Below, piece after piece: positions 13,266 through 27,635 of a DNA stretch of 64,000 nt. Origin of the DNA: Octopus vulgaris (Eukaryota); assembly GCA_951406725.2 (NCBI GenBank), contig OX597826.1, positions 33,914,001 through 33,978,000 of the forward strand, written 5' to 3'. Numbering within the stretch: the first letter of the stretch is position 1; each line of letters opens with the position of its first letter. A program made the translations under genes and the position numbers. Under the pieces are notes generated by a model. It ran no database searches, had not been told where the DNA came from, and worked only from the letters and a program-made list of their open reading frames with translations.

Positions 13266-13849
13266 TTGATGATGATGATAATAATAATAATAATACTAAT
13301 AATACTAAAAAATTATTAAGAAGTGAAAACTGAAGAAATACTAAAAAAAAATGTTTTAAAAAAATGCGTTTTGCCTTGAAGTTGAATTAGTGTCTTTGAG
13401 TAGAAAATATTCCATGTTTTGCATGAGTGCAATGGGTGCAAACGAAGTTGCGTAGTTCCCACATCATCTACATTGCTTGTCGTCTTTTTAGAAAATATAC
13501 ATTTGCTAATAGGATAAACACAGCTATTGATTTCAAGGTGGTTCATCATTGCAGTGAGTGCAAAGAAGATGTGGAATGCATTCGTGGGGCTAATGTTTAT
13601 TATAGGTGGGTGCATTTGTTGCTCATTGTTAGCATGGATAGCCCCAATTTGTATCTATATTTATTACTTTACACGCACACATACAAGTAATACACACGCA
13701 CACACACACACACACACACATAAATATACATACATATATATATACAATTATATATTATATTATGTGTGTGTGTGTGTAATATATATATATATATAATATA
13801 TATATTTCTTGTTTTTTCTGTTTTATTATATAGTATATATATATACATG

Positions 13850-13907
<58 letters not shown>

Positions 13908-14350
13908 CATGTGGATATATATATGTATGTATATCTGTATGTATGTATTTGTGAGTGCATGTGTGTGTATGTTTCTCTACTGATACTCTGTATTTCCTTG
14001 TATAAAATGCTAAACTTACACATATACACATACATTGTCCATACATATATATTGTATAATGCCCTTGCTCTCTCTCTGTCTCTTTCATTTCATTTCATTT
14101 TATATGACTATAAATTTGAACATCTCACCATGACATTTTATAAAAAAGTTTTATTGAATGTTATGTATGAATGGACCTAGTGACAATAATAAAGCAAAGA
14201 CTGTTGTTGTTATCATCATCATCATCATCATCATTATTATTTTCGATATATTTAGTTTTCTTGACACTTTCACATCTCTCTCTCTTTCTCTCCCTCTCTC
14301 ACTACAACACCACCAGGTTCACTTCCATAATATTGAGATATGGGAAGCTG

Positions 14351-14444
<94 letters not shown>

Positions 14445-14454
14445 GTTGTTATTC

Positions 14455-14516
<62 letters not shown>

Positions 14517-14539
14517 CATCGCTATTATTATTCCATTCC

Positions 14540-14960
14540 TGTACGTTCTGAGTTCAAATTCTGCTGAGGTGGTCTTTACTTTCCATTTTTTCAACATCAA
14601 TGAATTGAGTAGCAGTGGAACTCTGGGGTTGATGTAATCATCTTGCCCTCTCCCACCAATATTTCAAGCTTTGTGCCTACAGTAGAAATCATCATCATCA
14701 TCATCAATAGCAGTAATTGTTGTTGCTGTTGTAATTAGAGCTTAGACGGACAGAATCATTAGAACATTCAACAAAATGTCTTGTATTCCTTCTGATTCTT
14801 TCTGTTCTGCATTCAAATTCTGACAAGGTTGACTTGGCCTTTTATTTTTCTGAGATTGGTAAGTGTCAGTACCAGGAACATCCTGAGGCTGACTGTAACC
14901 CAACAAACTCCCTCCACTGAAAATTTCTGGCATTCTACCAAATTTTGAAACAATTATTAT
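14540..14960 (+). mobile_element. Two diverged SINE B copies
   Basis: gttctgagttcaaattctgc and gcattcaaattctgacaaggttgac blocks. Confidence 0.65.
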
Positions 14961-15898
14961 TATTATTAAATATTTCCTTTGTTTCTCATGAATGTAATGG
15001 ATGCAATAACACAAGATATGCCACTTAAGCATTCACAATTCCACAAACTCACCCTCTTGGAATGGTATTTTATTTATCAACCCCAACAATGATGAAATTC
15101 AAAATTGACCTCTACAGGATTTGAACTCACAGAGCAAAGAGCTGGAAAATATATCAGAAGGCTTTCAATGAAATACTGTAAGAACTGCGTCGATTCATCA
15201 TTTTCAATATGAGAGTGATATAATTGCATGATTCCTTCACCTCGCTGTGAAACTTTCCAATTTCAGAATTGTAATCTAAGAAACTATAAGGTTTCTAATA
15301 AGTTAGGTGTTCAAGAGCTGGGATGAAATAAATGACGTGAAATGATATTAAAATCTAGAGATGATATTTCAACGCAATTTGGGAGGTAAGATATAGAAAC
15401 ATCTGGTAAGTGTTAACCAAGGTAGATCAGTGCACTGACTCGAGGGCATAGAAGTGTAAGTGCCTTACTTGTCAAATTAGAGATCATGAGTTCAATTTCA
15501 CACTGATGTTTTTAATTAATTTCTTGCCTTAGTGCACCCAGAATTTTGGACGATGTGCCAAATCATCTAGAATGATATATAAAGAGAATCAGCAGAAAAT
15601 GTTGGAAGCAAAAAATGTCTTGAGTGTGCACTGGAATTAGTCTTACTGCAAAAGACATTAAAGTGGAATAAATGATGGACAAAATGCGAAATTCTCTTGC
15701 TGTGCTAATGGAAACTTCACAAATTGGTTTGGCCATGGGTGGGGGGAGTTATTTCTGTTAGTGGATTCGTAAGAAAACTTACTCAAAAAAGGTGATAAAT
15801 AAATTATATATACACACACACACTCATTTATATGCATATACACATGTTTGTGTATTTGTGTCTGAGTGTTTGTTGTTGTGTGTACATACATAATACAT

Positions 15899-15943
<45 letters not shown>

Positions 15944-16436
15944 CATATTTAATAAGATCGATATTTAAATATCAATATTATCCTTATTTATAAATATATA
16001 TTATATATATATATATATATATAATATATATTATATATGTATATATTATATATATATTACACACACACACACATATATGTGTGTGTGTGTGTATAAGCAA
16101 AGTTTAGGTTAGTTTTAAAATATGTTTGTGACATATTACAACTTCTAAAAGAAAAATTCACTGCAGTTAACATAAAGGAAATTTTCTCTCATGGTAAAAA
16201 TATATAAAAACACCATATCTGTTCAGTGTCACTATCTATCAGGATTCTCAGTCATCGATATTTCTAGTTCCTTAGCTTCTATCAATTGGAAATATCTAAG
16301 AGATGCAATTCTGAACAGATTTTACAAAGCTGTAGCTTTATCTAAAATGGTCAACAACATTGGCTGATTTGTACCAGTTGACCCTGTAGAATTTTAGGTG
16401 AATGAATCAACACCAGCAATTAATTATCTGAAGCCA

Positions 16437-16733
16437 GGTACTTATTCTATCAATCTCATTTGCTGAACCACTAAGTAACGGATACACAAACACACAAGTT
16501 GACAGGAGGTGGTGAAGAACAAACACAGACACAAAGACACACACACGTAGATATATATATATATATATACACAACAGATTTCTTTCAGTTTCCATCTACC
16601 TTATCAACTCACAAGGCTTTGGTCAGCCCAAAGCTGCAGCGGGAGACACTTGCCCTTGGTGCCATGCAGTGGGACTGAACCCAGAATAATGTGGCTGGAG
16701 AGCAAAATTTTCAGCGCACAGCCACACCTGTGC
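16437..16733 (-). mobile_element. SINE family A copy
   Basis: Matches the reverse complement of 683-1084. Confidence 0.85.
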
Positions 16734-17019
16734 CAATGAATGTATATATGTGATGTGTTTGTGTGTGTGTATGTGTATGTGTGTGCGCATGTGTGTGTGT
16801 GCGTGTAACTATAAATGTGTATCATCCACCCTTATACAATATCGTATAATAGCCTTGTATTTCTGTTACAAGCTATATAGACTTGTTCTTCTATTACACT
16901 CTTCTAACACCTGACAGAAAACCATCACCTCTCCCCCACTCAAATATTAAAAGAAAGACAGACAGACAGAAAGCTGGATACATATGTACAAGGAGTAGCA
17001 CTTTGTTCAAACCTATATA

Positions 17020-17465
17020 CAGGGTTTGGACAAAATAATGGGAACACCTGAAAATTTCAAACAAATTTATTTTAATATGGGGTAGAACCGCCTTTGGCAG
17101 TAATTACAACTTGAATTCTATAAGGTACAGACTCGTACAAAGTTTGAATTGTTTCCAAAGAAACTTTTGTCCATTCTTCAGCTAAATCAGTCTCCCGTTC
17201 TTGTAGTGATTATTGTGGAGGATATCGACTCCTTGCTTGTTTTTCTAAAATGCACCATAAATGTTCAATTATATTGAGATCTTGGGACTGTGGTGGCCAG
17301 ATAAGATGTTCAACTTCACTAAAATGTTCCTCGTGCCATTCAGTAACGACTTTAGCTGCATGAATTGATGCATTATCATCCCAAAAGATTGCATTTCCCT
17401 CCAGAAACAGTTCCACAACCATAGGATGAATTTGATCAGATAAAATGCTTAACTAATCTTGACTA
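17020..17465 (-). mobile_element. 3' fragment of the same Tc1 family as 60931-62186
   Basis: TIR cagggtttggacaaaataatgggaacacct next to TA; peptide FWDDNASIH...WPPQSQDLNIIEHLW. Confidence 0.9.
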
Positions 17466-17559
17466 TTTCTATATCTATACATGTAATATGCATGTGTATA
17501 TATATACATATATATGTATATACATATATATGTATATACATACATATATTCGAATTAAC

Positions 17560-18115
17560 AGTGGAACTTGGAGCATTCCAAAGAAACTACACAAAGAAAA
17601 TGATTCCAATGCAATGAATCAGCTACTGAGAAAGACTGAAAGAATTAAAACGCTTCTCCTTAGAATGAAAGCAGAAAAGATATTCAGTGATATACAACTG
17701 GAGTATCCTGGAAGGCTTTGTACCAAACTTTGGCATTATTGAAAGTTACACAAACAGCAGAATGGGACACCACTAAATAGTGCCAAAGACTCCAGGATCA
17801 CCATCAAAATACAGGACCAGATACTGAAACAGTTTGGATTTCAAGGGCCCACAGCTCTTCAATATCCTTCCAAAATATCTGAGAGACCTGCATGGTTTGG
17901 ATGTAAGTGTCTTGAAGACAAAACAAGTGTTCCAGATGAGCCTACCTCATGGCAGGAAATATAGATGAGGGCAGTAGCATCAAACTCCCTCATTCACCAA
18001 ATGCCAAGTATTAGAGGAGGCCTCAAATAATGGAGTAGCACAGCCAGCGGCAGTGCCCCAGCATGACCACAGTGTTGAAGCTGAAACAATTTAAAGATTT
18101 AAAGAGTAAAGATTA
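17560..18115 (+). mobile_element. Decayed CR1/L2-like LINE 3' end
   Basis: Broken peptide IYNWSILEGFVPNFGI...NSLDFKGPQLFNILPKYLRDLHG...VPDEP, then a tail resembling the SINE A tail. Confidence 0.7.
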
Positions 18116-18315
18116 CATATGTATATATGTATATATATATATATAGTGAGAAAGAGAGAGAGGGAGAATGGGGAGAGAGGGTGAGAGGGAGGGAGAGAGA
18201 AAAGGGAGAAGGATTGGCACTTATGTAGATTTATCAGCATATACATATATGTAGCAATATCTCTCTACCTATATCCATCTTTCATCTATCTTTCTACTTC
18301 TCTCTCTCTCTCTAG

Positions 18316-18358
<43 letters not shown>

Positions 18359-18702
18359 AGTGTATAAGTGTGTGTATATGTGTGTTCATGTATATCTATA
18401 TGCACAGACACATACACATAAAAAATTCTGTTTATTTTTTTTTAATATTATTGTTACTTTATTGATTTTTCTATTGTCACAAAGAGTTTTTTTTTACCAA
18501 GTTTAATGTTGAAATATTAATTTTCTTTGAAATCTGTCTTGTATTATTTTTGTTTCCTTACTCATGTGAATGATATATATAAAAATATATATATATATAT
18601 ATTATGTGTGTGTGTGTGCATCTGTGCATGTGTGTCAGTGTACATATATATGTGCATATATATGTATATATGTATGAATGTATGTATGTATTTATATATT
18701 TA

Positions 18703-18744
<42 letters not shown>

Positions 18745-19466
18745 TATATATATGTAGTTCCTTTATTCACAAACTACTTATTTATTCCTTCATATCTCGC
18801 CATCGCTATTATTCTTTAATTATTGTTCCATTGTTCAAAGAATGAAGCTCACAGAATGACTCACTGCAAAATTTGGTTTCATATTATAAAATATTATATA
18901 TTCTTATACTTCATACGAAAATATCTTTCTAGCTTTTCATTATTTTTTTTTCTTGTATTTTCTTTTTCATTTTATTTTAATTTTATTTTACTTATTACGT
19001 GAAGGGGAAGAATAGTTTTCAAATGTATTTGTCTTTATTATATAATTTTGCTGAAGAATCTGTAAAGAGTTCTTGATTTGTTTTCAAATATCTTATCATT
19101 GCAGCAGTCTTTTAGACTCTGGAGAATGCAGCAATACCATTTTTTTACTTTTATTTTTCTTTTGTCTCTGACTTCCTTTAACATTTATGAGTTTATTTTT
19201 CTTGGTTAAATTTTCTTATTTTAAAACGAGATTGATTGTGTTGCACTTATTTGCAGTGTTGGAAGATAGCGCATTGCAACCGTATTGGGTAAGAGGGTAA
19301 AAATAGCGCTATGATGCACCAAAACCAAAATGTGGATGCATAAGCACACACTGAAATGCATGCAGGTACTTTTAGATGCACCCACACATACACACATATA
19401 TACTTGCATACACGTACAAATACACACACCCATCTATATGTATAAGTATATATGTATATTCACATA

Positions 19467-19497
<31 letters not shown>

Positions 19498-19593
19498 TTA
19501 TATATAAATATATATACAATTATTTAGATGTATATAGTATATAGACACACTAACATTCTATCTAGTATACTTTTATGTACCTTAGTATGGGTT

Positions 19594-19624
<31 letters not shown>

Positions 19625-19682
19625 CATACTCACATATACACATACACATCTGTATATATAGATATATAGTATAGATGCAACA

Positions 19683-19829
19683 TATTTTATAATTATATAG
19701 ATAATTATAACAAAGGATCAGCTTTATGCCTGACCATGCACTGCAAGAAATAGAAGCCAAAAGCCTTGCAGTGCATGGTGAGACGTAAAGCTGATGCCTT
19801 GTAATAATTATGTATATAATTATAAAATA
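19683..19829. repeat. Inverted repeat, arms about 65 bp, loop about 17 nt
   Basis: tattttataattatat...ccatgcactgcaag / cttgcagtgcatgg...atataattataaaata. Confidence 0.9.
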
Positions 19830-19929
19830 GTTTGTAAACTTTGCCTATGACTACCTGACTACCTGGTAAAATTATTATTGATTTTTATCCTTTTATTATA
19901 AATTATATAGTATAGACGTTTATATGCAT

Positions 19930-19969
<40 letters not shown>

Positions 19970-20555
19970 CACTATGGTCATTCTAGATAGTTTGTACAAC
20001 TATTTAAAATTTGTATCACTTCTGGTTACATATGATAGAACGAATTCGTGAAAAGGATAAGAAAAGGAAGATATTACACCATTTGAATATATTCCTAGTT
20101 GAGATTGATAATGCTAAACCTGACCACTATCATTAAGAATCCAAAGCTTGATGAAATTCTTAAGTTCTAGCAATATGATTTGTTGGTGTTCTTCAGTAAA
20201 GTCCAGAATCAAATTAATTATAGCAGTTCACATGTCAGCTAAGAAGGCAGTTTAGGGCCAATAAATTGAGTAAATTATAGAGTATTTAGTTCCCACAAAC
20301 ACGATGTGGGAGCAATTTTTAATTGAAAAGAAAACGATAATGATAGATAATAAAAGTGCTTTCATTGATAATGTTCAAGCAGATGTATCTGGTTTCTAAT
20401 ATACATCAGATGTAACATTAAGCTTTCACAAACTTTAAAATAAAAAAAATTTTACATGAAGTCCTTACTGTATAATGACCATTTTATACCATTATCAGAA
20501 TGTGTGTGCATATATATATATATATCGATATAGATATAGATGTATATATAGATAG

Positions 20556-20627
<72 letters not shown>

Positions 20628-20699
20628 TTATATATACATATATCTATGTCTATATACATACATATGTATGTATATCATACATATATATACATATATGTA

Positions 20700-20743
<44 letters not shown>

Positions 20744-20919
20744 TATATATATATATAAATATATATATAGATAGATACATATATATATAGATAGATAAAA
20801 CTTACTTGGAAGAGGATGTGTGGCATTCAGTCATATAATAATATAAATAATATATATATATGGGCATATATACATACGTATATGTACATACTTACATCCA
20901 TATGTATATACGTATGCAT

Positions 20920-21092
20920 ATGTGGGCACAGGACGTCATGAAATGGGTACAACGTACAAGTACATGTAATATGAACTATTTTTTAAAACAACGAGAGACA
21001 GAAATGGAAAACAAGACAAACAACATAAAGAATGACCCTTCATCAGTTGTTGGCTGTTTTTCTACTCTCGTATTTCAAGCATTTAACAACAA
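20920..21092 (-). mobile_element. Repeat related to the 27650-28450 element, with a CTGATGAAG motif
   Basis: gggcacaggacgtcatgaaatg...aatatgaactat is the reverse complement of 27650-27720; minus strand reads caactgatgaagggtc. Confidence 0.65.
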
Positions 21093-21111
21093 ATGTACAT
21101 ACATACCCATT

Positions 21112-21512
21112 TATTCTTTTACTTGTTTTAGTCATTTGACTGTGGCCATGCTGGAGCACCACCTTTAGTTGAGCAAATCGACCCCAGGACTTATTCTCTG
21201 TAAGCCTAGTACTTATTCTATTTGTCTCTTTTGCCGAACTGCTAAGTTATGGGGATGTAAACACACCAGCATCGGTTGTCAAGTGATGCTGTGGAGGACA
21301 AACACAGACACACAAATGTATACACACACACATATATATAAATATACATATATATGATGGGCTTCTTTCAGTTTCCATCTACCAAATCCCTTCACAAGGC
21401 TTTGGTCGGCCTGAGGCTATAGTAGAAGACACTTGCCCAAGGTGCCACACAGTGAGACCTGGAACCATGTGGTTGGTAAACAATCTACTTACCACACAGC
21501 CACACCAACGCC
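21112..21512 (-). mobile_element. SINE family A, full length
   Basis: Complete reverse complement of the family A consensus. Confidence 0.9.
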
Positions 21513-21529
21513 TTCATACACACATACAT

Positions 21530-21587
<58 letters not shown>

Positions 21588-21682
21588 CATATAGCTGAAA
21601 TTTACAGAGAAACAAAAGACGAAGACAAGTGTATAAACAACAAGCAGGTACATTAGTTTGACACTCAGGAGGGTGACGTATC

Positions 21683-21718
21683 CTTTTACATTTTGAGCTT
21701 ACACTCTTCAATAGAAAG
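21683..21718 (-). ncRNA. Degenerate minimal hammerhead motif in a (TA)n-embedded repeat (about 21592-21788)
   Basis: cttt-ctattga-a-gagt gtaa gctc-aaaa-tg-ta-aaag; stems I and II recognisable, core mutated. Confidence 0.4.
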
Positions 21719-21785
21719 GAATACAAGGAAATAAACAGAGAGAGAATAAAAAATGTCAAGTGGAATTAGTGGTCAATCATTGCAA

Positions 21786-21833
<48 letters not shown>

Positions 21834-21834
<1 letters not shown>

Positions 21835-22206
21835 ATCATAGATGTGCTGCCTAGGTAGGCAAGGCAGCCAGCGCCTACACTGAATAAAATAGATCGAGAA
21901 CAACATTGTCCTTTTATCACAAAATATGCACCTAATTCAATAAAATTATGAAGGTTACTCTAATTACCAAGCATAAAATACATAAAATAGGTAGGCATAA
22001 CCCTCCCCTGCCTTTCAATCTCAGTATCTAAGCTCTGCATAGTAATGCTGTAGTACACATGCTGCGTACACTCCTACAATAATGTTTTCTTATGTGTTAT
22101 TAAGGCAGAAGTAAATCAGCCTTCAAGTTAGTCATGCACCTGTATTTCACTTATTATTTGTGTGTTCATCAATTGCCTACCCTCAGTAATTAGTGACAGT
22201 ATGTGC

Positions 22207-22210
<4 letters not shown>
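21834..22210. mobile_element. Possible non-autonomous DNA element inserted in (TA)n
   Basis: Bounded by (TA)n; subterminal inverted motif ggtaggca / tgcctacc. Confidence 0.35.
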
Positions 22211-22249
<39 letters not shown>

Positions 22250-22309
22250 TCAGTGTATCATATATCTGAAACAGAATCACGCTCTAAAAGATAGAGCAGT
22301 AATGTATTT

Positions 22310-22461
22310 ATGTGTAGTTAAGTCTGTGTCCAGTCATAGAGTGACCAATAGTATTCTCTTCATTGAAACCTATGAGCGATTTGTCAGACCCTAATCGCAG
22401 AGGGCATTATGGTTGTGAAACCATTGGTCACTCTATCATCAGACATATACTTAACTGCATA
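22310..22461. repeat. Imperfect inverted repeat, arms about 42 bp
   Basis: tagttaagtctgtgtc..atagagtgaccaat / attggtcactctat..agacatatacttaactg. Confidence 0.8.
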
Positions 22462-22509
22462 TATATATACATACATACATACATATATATATATATATAT
22501 TGTGTTACG

Positions 22510-22898
22510 CTTTTACTTGTTTCAGTCATTTGACTGTGGCCATTGTGGAGCACGACCTTTAGCCGAGCAAATCAACCCCAGAGATTCTTTCTAAGCCTGG
22601 TACTTATTCTATCAGTCTCTTTTGATGAACTACTAACTTATGGGGATGTAAATGCACCAGCATTGGTTGTTAAGTGGTGTTGGGGAGACAAACACAGACA
22701 CGCATACATATATATATTTATATATAACAGGCTTCTTTCAGTTTCAGTCTACCAAAGGCTTTGCTCAAACCACTCACAAGGCTTTACTCAAACCGAGGCT
22801 ATAGTAGAAGATACTTGCTTCAGGTGCCATTCAGTGGGACTGAAACCAGAACCATGTGATTGGTAAGCAAGCTACTTACCACACAGCCACTCCTCCGC
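22510..22898 (-). mobile_element. SINE family A, full length
   Basis: Reverse complement of the family A consensus. Confidence 0.9.
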
Positions 22899-23245
22899 CC
22901 ACTTATATGTATATGTGTATGTGTGGCTGTGTGTGTATACATACAAGTTAAAATACTCACCACCAAATCAGGCAAAAGTCACATGATCTGTTAGTCCAAG
23001 TGCTAATTGTTGTGGTCATTGTCTGCTGCTGGTGATAGTGATGATGTGCTTTAGTGCACACTAGATAACCTTTACTCATGGTAAATATTGCAGTATTTGT
23101 GTGTTCTAACTCAGCATCCACTTTTCAATGGTGAATATTTTACCCTTGGATATCAATATTGGCTCTGTTGCTTTATTTATTATGTCATACATAGAAAAAA
23201 CATATATATATATGCATATATATACAAATAGGTATATACATATAT

Positions 23246-23331
<86 letters not shown>

Positions 23332-24278
23332 CGTTTTAGGATTATAAGGTACAAAAAGAAAATGACTCTCCCCAGACACACAATGTATATATATATATAA
23401 ATGTAAAAAACATAAATATACATATATGTATATATATATTATATATGTGTGTTTCTATATGCATATATATACATATACATACAAACATATATATACATAT
23501 ATATATAGAAATATAGACATATACATACATACACACAAACACACACATATAAAAAATAACATAGAGTTTAAAATTTAAGCATTTTATTGATGTATTCATA
23601 TATTACATCATAGCATAACATTCACCATCCTCAGGCAAAATCTTAAACAACCATAAACAAGTGAGATAATACTTTGGTCTTGATGAACAACACCATGTAA
23701 GTCAGGCCTGAGTTGGATCTGTGGTTTAAACTCGACTTTGTACTTACATTTCTACAGTATCATACCAACACATGATGCGTTCATGGTTATTATGACCCAC
23801 CGTAAACCCTAGGTAATTGTACCTAACCATTTCTGGTGTCCTACATGTTGGTATGCCTAAATTCTACTGAATTCAGTAACTTATCAATATATATGTATAT
23901 ATATATATATATATCTATATATATATTCATGTATATATATTACTATATACATGCATTTATATATATATATATATATATATAATCGATGAGTGTATATATA
24001 ACACGGAAAAATAAATAATATATCACAAGTAAAGATGTATTATATGAAACAGTTGGTATATATATATATGTATATTCGAAAATTCCATGATACTATTCAA
24101 AAGAATAAATGTATAAACAATATCTTCTCTTCGGAAATGAAAAAACGAAACTCGTATATATATATATATGTATATATATTTATGTATATGAATTTTATAT
24201 ATATATATGTGTATATATATATATGTATATATATATATATGTATGTTATATATATATATGTGTGTATATATATATGTA

Positions 24279-24348
<70 letters not shown>

Positions 24349-24446
24349 AGTGTTGTGTATGTGTGTGTGTAAGTAATTTTTTTAAACATACTTTCTTGAA
24401 TGTGGTAATTTTCAACCTGTGAATATATGTGTGTGCGTATGGTCGT

Positions 24447-24488
<42 letters not shown>

Positions 24489-24842
24489 ATGTGTGCATCT
24501 GCATACACACGTATGTATGCATAAATCAACAGCAAATACATACAGTCAATAGTGAAAATCTAAACACTAATTTATGAATGCAAGCAAATGAGAAATACAA
24601 GATGAGGTCTTGAACCAACCATCTGTTGGTTGCTAGGTTACTGATTACACTCTACTGAAATTAGGGATAAAACCTAATTTGAGTCAGTAGTGAATACAAA
24701 CGCAATGTGGTGTAATTAGTAAGAAGACAAGTTAATCAACAGTTGATTACTATCTGTTTTCAGTCCCTTTCAATAGTTTCTTGTCGTTTGGAACATTAAC
24801 TTGCATTTGGTGCCTTCATCATGTTTAATAACCTCTAGATGC

Positions 24843-24894
<52 letters not shown>

Positions 24895-25017
24895 ATTCAT
24901 ACATACTTGTGCGTATGTATTTATGGTCTATGTATTTATCTATGTAGGTGTGTGTATGCATATGTGTGTGTGTGCGTATGTATGTATGCATGCATGTAAG
25001 TAGGTATGTATTTAAAT

Positions 25018-25330
25018 TTGGTAAGACACTTGCTTTTGAACCACATGGTTCCATGTTTGGTCCCATTGCATGGCATCTAAGGCAAGTGTCTCCTACTATA
25101 GTTTCAGGTTGACCAAAGCCCGCTAAGTGGACTTGGAAACTGAAAGAAGCCCACCATATATATATGTATGGATATGTGTGTGGGGTGGTGGTGGTGGTGA
25201 TGGTGATGGCTGTGTGTCTTTGTGTTTGTGTTTGCAAATAACCACTGCTTGACAACCAGTTTGGTTTGTTTACGTCCCCGTAACATAGTCGTTTGGCAAG
25301 ACAGATTGATAAAATAAATACTAGGTTTAA
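25018..25330 (+). mobile_element. SINE family A, diverged
   Basis: aaccacatggttcc...ggcaagtgtctcctactatag...gaaactgaaagaagcc. Confidence 0.8.
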
Positions 25331-25524
25331 AAGTTATACAAAATTCCATGATGTGGATATTTTTACTTATATTTTTACTAACTGGTAAAACTTTTCTCTT
25401 TAGTCTTTGTATGCGTGTATATATGTGTGTAGATATAAATAGATTGATAGAAAGATAGATAGATACATACACATAACATATACTTATACATGCACACACA
25501 CACACAAAAAGCAAATCAACACAA

Positions 25525-25558
<34 letters not shown>

Positions 25559-26109
25559 TGATACACATTTGGGCATGCACCTGTGTCTGCACGTCTCTTC
25601 ACACCTTGAAATTATAGTTTGTGCTACTTGAAGCAATAGCAACAAGAATTTTGGTCCTGGTATTTTAGTCTTAGAACAATACACAGCATATAAAAAGAAA
25701 AAAATAACCAAGACAATTTGCCAAATACAATTGCACATTTTTGGCAAGAAATTCTAGGACTGAAAACTGTTATTATGAAACACCAGCATCAGCAAATTGG
25801 TTAAAGAATATGGATCAATAGTAGCCATATTCCATAAACATGGTTTATGAATTTTAACAGTCTCACAGAAAATGGACTTTGGTACAAATATGCATAGAAT
25901 ATTGGAAGCCGGAGTCTGAATCCTGCCATATGGCAGAGTATAGCACTTAACTGGTAACTTTGGATGACATCATGCCATGAGGTTTTGGCACTTTACTCTA
26001 AGAGATACTTATCCAGTGCCATAACATTACCAATTTTTGGAAAGTCAAGTTTCCTATAACTCTGTGCAAGTTTGTACATGCATATACAAGTATGTATGTG
26101 TGTATGTAG

Positions 26110-26154
<45 letters not shown>

Positions 26155-26418
26155 ACTGTTTGTGTGTAACTATATGTAGATGTGTATGTTAAGTAATAGT
26201 TAGCCTGTAGTAACCATGCTGTATAAAATTGAACATTACTAAAAGCATATATGTGTACACACACACACTCACACATGCACAAATATATATCTTTTATCTT
26301 TACTTGTTTCAGTCATTAGATTGCAGCCATACTGGGGTACCTGGGGCATGAACTTGAAAAATATTTAGTCAAATGAATTAATACTTTTAGTGTTTTCCCT
26401 CACTGTAAAACATACATT

Positions 26419-26480
<62 letters not shown>

Positions 26481-26488
26481 ACACATAT

Positions 26489-26728
26489 ATATATAATTGT
26501 TAAAGAGGTCAACAAACATTAATACAAGGCAAGCATCTCAAGTCATGTACATTATAATTATTGGAAAAATTCAGTCTTACAGCTGTTTCTGATGATGGAA
26601 TATCCCATACTCTAGGATATCCCAGAAACAGCTGTAAGACTGAATTTTTCCCAATAATAATAATATATATATGATTTGAGATGCTTGCCTTGCCTTAACA
26701 TTTGTTAGCCTTTTTAACAATTATATAT
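26489..26728. repeat. Inverted repeat, arms about 100 bp, enclosing a hammerhead
   Basis: ataattgttaaa...aaattcagtcttacagctgtttctg / cagaaacagctgtaagactgaattt...tttaacaattat. Confidence 0.9.
26585..26640 (+). ncRNA. Type I hammerhead ribozyme motif with intact core
   Basis: gttt-CTGATGA(26589-26595)-tggaatatc...gatatccca-GAAA(26625-26628)-cagctg-TA-agac; palindromic stem III ACAGCTGT; predicted cut after A26636. Confidence 0.7.
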
Positions 26729-26769
26729 CTGCTATATTGGAAATCTACATTGGGTCCATAACTACTGTT

Positions 26770-27635
26770 TTGGCTACAACCTTGGAGCCCTAGCAGTCCG
26801 TTACAGCACTTACCTAGTGTACCTAATTTATTCACCATGTGCAGCAATATACCTGTCCCAGCATTCCTACCATTTTTGGAATCTGGCATGGAAGTTATTT
26901 TCCTTATGCGAGTCAAGGAGCTTCTGCAATTCACTTCTGATCTTGACATCAGTGTTAAAACGGTGACCTTGGAGCTGCATTTTCATTTTGGGGGATAAAT
27001 GGAAGTTTGCAGGTGCTAAATGTGGTGAACAGGATGGGTGCAGAAGCAATACCATGTTGTTTTTGGAGAGAAACTCATGAATGAAGAGAGTTGTGTGACA
27101 AGGTATATTGTTGTGGTGAAGAATCAAATTCTTTTCACTCCACAGATCTGGTCACTTTCACTGAATGTCCTTCCTCAGACACCTTAAAACATTGCAGTAG
27201 AGCTCTCAGCTGGGGGACTGCCACTAAAGGATTAATTTCCCATGCACAATACTGTAGATGTTGTAAAAACGATGAGCATGTTCTTGATTGATCTGCCATG
27301 AAGATGACAGGTCCTTCCATTGTGACGACTGCTGCTTCATCTCAGAGTCATACCCATAGCATGCTCAATGTCTCTAGCAGACTTCCTAAGTCTAATGCAA
27401 AATTTCACATTGGCTCTTTGTTCCAACTTCCTGTCCATGACAAAAACCGCAGACTAAAGCTTACACGTGATCAACAAAAACACAAATTTTACAACTTGTG
27501 AAGTAAACACAGCAATGTCACTTGGTGAAGTGCCTCATGAAGGTCAATGCTACCTCTCATTGTGCAGGCAACCATGTGCTGCCACCTGTTTGTGTGCTAC
27601 AGAACTAATCTGGGAAGTTATTGATACTACCTCGT
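26770..27635 (-). mobile_element. Decayed mariner-type transposon
   Basis: Peptide LHHNNIPCHT...HPSCSPHLAPANFHLSPKMK (cf. HHDNAP..H, PYSPDLAP.DF.LF); terminus ttgatactacctcg followed by TA. Confidence 0.85.
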
